A DNA stretch of 15,220 nucleotides from Nitrososphaerota archaeon (lineage in GTDB: Archaea; Thermoproteota; Nitrososphaeria; Nitrososphaerales; Gagatemarchaeaceae). The notes beneath the pieces were generated by a model. The model was not told where the DNA came from. It saw nothing but the letters and a program-made list of their open reading frames with translations, and ran no database searches. Below, one piece after another: positions 13,792-15,220 of this stretch. The first letter of the stretch is position 1. Every line of letters starts with the position of its first letter. A program made the translations under genes and the position numbers. The DNA is taken from assembly GCA_003135575.1 (NCBI GenBank), contig PLCG01000104.1:15631-30850 (forward strand), in the 5' to 3' direction.

Positions 13792-14196
13792 TCACCCGAG
13801 CGTTTCCTTCTCATGAACGGTGGCATACCTTTTCCGTCTGTGGAATCGCAAGCTACGTATAAAGCGACTATGGAACCAATCGCAAGTGCTGTATGAACAG
13901 CCTGCTGGGCTCTTCGGCAGATGATATTTTCCGGGCTGGCTCAAAGTTGGGCTCTGCTCCACCAGCCGAAAGTTTGACAGCGCGGAAGCTGGAACCCAGA
14001 GCGTGCAGCCGAAATCTTCCTGAGCCAGGGGCACACCACGGAGACGTCCCTTCACCAATACCTGAACATGCCCTTCCTGCAGAGTGACAAGGAGCAGATG
14101 CTCGAGTGGACCGGTGGGTTGTTCGAAAAGTAAAGGGACGTTCACACGAATCCCTTCCGGCTCACTCGCGTGCAGTAGCTTCAACCCTGCCACCAA
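13792..14196 (-). CDS. hypothetical protein (possibly a small beta-barrel/cupin-like fold)
   Basis: 134 aa with a TTG/GTG start. The segment LEHLLLVTLQEGHVQVLVKGRLRGVPLAQEDFGCTLWVPAS loosely resembles a cupin C-terminal half. A nearby ATG (14218) is in another frame. Confidence 0.3.
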   Translation of the reverse strand: MVAGLKLLHASEPEGIRVNVPLLFEQPTGPLEHLLLVTLQEGHVQVLVKGRLRGVPLAQEDFGCTLWVPASALSNFRLVEQSPTLSQPGKYHLPKSPAGCSYSTCDWFHSRFIRSLRFHRRKRYATVHEKETLG

Positions 14197-14276
14197 TGCG
14201 CGCCGGAAGCACTTTCATTTCGTGGTCGGTTCCTAGAGACTGCGAGTATTCTTAACTATAGGCGAGGAGACGTTCA

Positions 14277-14599
14277 ATGCCGGTGTCTACTGAACCATTC
14301 TTCGAAGTGGTTTCGAAGCTTGACAGAAGAATCAGAATAAGCAACTCCTATTGGGATTACATAGTAAACGTCAATATCCTTCCATGCGCGGATTGGACGA
14401 GTTCGTTAAGAGCTCGCTGACCGAGCCGATTGAGGTCAGGAGGAGCAAAAGAGATCAGAGCGTCCACCTCCACTATGGCAAGTTCAAGGCGAAGCTTCTT
14501 GTCTGCACTGTAGTCAAGTTCTTAAATGGGAGCGGCTTCATAATTACGGCCTACTTGACCAGAAGGATGATCGGTGATTCGATATGGAAACAGAAATAG
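14277..14599 (+). pseudogene. frameshifted toxin-like small gene paired with DUF2283
   Basis: ATG 14277 has GAGGAG 8 nt upstream and reads MPVSTEPFFEVVSKLDRRIRISNSYWDYIVNV. The sense then continues in the -1 frame as ...YPSMRGLDEFVKSSLTEPIEVRRSKRDQSVHLHYGKF...GFIITAYLTRR. Its stop overlaps the DUF2283 start by 16 nt. Confidence 0.5.
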
Positions 14600-14856
14600 T
14601 AAGGTCGCTCTACTATAACCCAGGCACCGACACACTCGACATCTGGCTCGGTGATTCGTCAAGCGAAACTGAAGCTGAACCAATCACCGAAAATCTAGTC
14701 AGCAAGCGTAACCGACGTGGAGAGATAATTGGGTTCGAGATAATCACCCTTGGCAAACTCAACAGCGAAGACATGAGAAAGATGCCCAAAGAAGCCAGAG
14801 TCTTGTTGAAAGAAAGTGCGAATAGGTTGTCTGTCGTCGGCCGTCCGCACAAATGA
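14584..14856 (+). CDS. DUF2283-family protein (putative antitoxin)
   Basis: 90 aa. YYNPGTDTLDIWLGD...EAEPITENLVSKRNRRGEIIGFEIITLGKL fits the DUF2283 pattern (YD.e.D.L.I.l......G.ivGiEIl). GGTGA lies 7 nt upstream. Confidence 0.7.
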   Translation: METEIVRSLYYNPGTDTLDIWLGDSSSETEAEPITENLVSKRNRRGEIIGFEIITLGKLNSEDMRKMPKEARVLLKESANRLSVVGRPHK

Positions 14857-14978
14857 GTTAGGGTAACACCGCTCCTATCCGTGCTGATTAGAGATTTGTA
14901 CCGATTTTGGGTCTAAATACCGGCCGACTCGAACCCTTGACCACGACTAAAAGCTAGGGGGGTTCGGTACTGAGGAAA

Positions 14979-15003
14979 TGGTGGGCCCGGTGGGATTCGA
15001 ACC
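14979..15003 (-). other. tRNA 3'-end-like fragment (T-loop, T-stem 3' strand, acceptor 3' strand, CCA)
   Basis: The minus strand reads GGTTCGAATCCCACCGGGCCCACCA. The sequence 5' of it does not supply a matching T-stem, D-arm or anticodon arm. Confidence 0.5.
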
Positions 15004-15138
15004 ATTCCGGTTAGAAATTCTGTACCACGAAGGGTTCCTGGCAAACCTTGAGGGCTTTGTGAAGAGTATAGGGGCCCTTCGGAAATGAAGAGGGAAGCGC
15101 TCTAACAGGCTATTTCTACCTCCCTTTCTCAGGTATGG

Positions 15139-15220
15139 ATGGCGATGGACACGAAGAGCAAGTTGGGAGGTCCAGAACTCAAGAAAGCTTACGCGAAGCT
15201 CTCGGTCTACACGGCGCTCG
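15139..15220 (+). CDS. 5' end of a gene running off the window
   Basis: ATG 15139 gives MAMDTKSKLGGPELKKAYAKLSVYTAL, open to the window end. ATG 15135 in another frame is also open, so the frame is not secure. Confidence 0.3.
   Translation, partial: MAMDTKSKLGGPELKKAYAKLSVYTAL

Noticed and set aside
14898-14970. A 73-nt segment closed by the 7-bp inverted repeat GTACCGA/TCGGTAC, which is tRNA-sized.
   Set aside because: Neither strand gives paired D, anticodon or T arms. It may be structured RNA or chance. The evidence is insufficient.
5383-14986. The 8-mer TGGTGGGC occurs three times on the same strand (5383, 10382, 14979). Each has a loosely GATTC/GAACC-like sequence 3-10 nt downstream, so these could be further att or tRNA-end relics.
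   Set aside because: Outside the 8-10-mer the similarity is gappy. The 5383 and 10382 copies resemble each other (CTGGTGGGCG…CTGA) more than the tRNA end. The observation is post hoc and needs a genome-wide count.
14979-15077. A complete intron-containing tRNA on the minus strand. GGGCCCC at 15077->15071 would serve as the acceptor 5' strand. Removing the 22 nt at 15025->15004 would create a perfect GTGGG/CCCAC T-stem and a 74-nt product.
   Set aside because: Position 7 would be a C-C mismatch. No D-arm can be drawn. The only anticodon-like stem (AAGGTT/AACCCT) has the loop TGCCAGG, which lacks U33. I could find no bulge-helix-bulge motif around the putative splice sites. It needs tRNAscan-SE to be excluded formally.
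1-15220. CRISPR array, rRNA, integrase or reverse-transcriptase gene.
   Set aside because: I saw no regularly spaced direct repeats of 24-40 nt, no rRNA-like conserved stretches, and no YADD, R..H..RHY or similar motifs in any listed translation.

Overview
This 15.2-kb window looks like a prokaryotic accessory region. Some features lean archaeal (sequon-rich Thr/Cys surface proteins, AbrB-PIN and DUF2283 modules), but the taxon cannot be fixed from this sequence alone.

- **Membrane protein blocks:** Bases 1-5140, 7732-8993 and 11527-11787 encode many small membrane or secreted proteins. Several share a TM / Cys..Cys loop / TM layout. Two larger secreted proteins sit among them.
- **Mobile and selfish modules (clearly higher GC3):**
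  - An IS110-family element has its transposase at 5514-6659. It is bracketed by a split 16-nt direct repeat and carries a structured non-coding arm of about 190 nt on its 3' side.
  - Four toxin-antitoxin-type pairs are present: a decayed VapBC-like pair (6747-7327), an intact AbrB-PIN pair (9089-9794), AbiEi/AbiEii (11924-13491) and a frameshifted toxin-like gene plus DUF2283 (14277-14856).
  - A 34-nt minus-strand hairpin at 7525-7558 has the full architecture of group II intron domain V, followed by a candidate domain VI. There is no ribozyme body or RT upstream, so it reads as a fragment.
  - The stretch 9.8-11.5 kb is gene-poor and appears decayed, and it contains iteron-like repeats.
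  - tRNA 3'-end-like debris lies at 14.1-15.0 kb and may represent old att sites.
- **Not seen:** No rRNA, no intact tRNA and no CRISPR array.

All family calls rest on motif recognition by eye. No searches were run.
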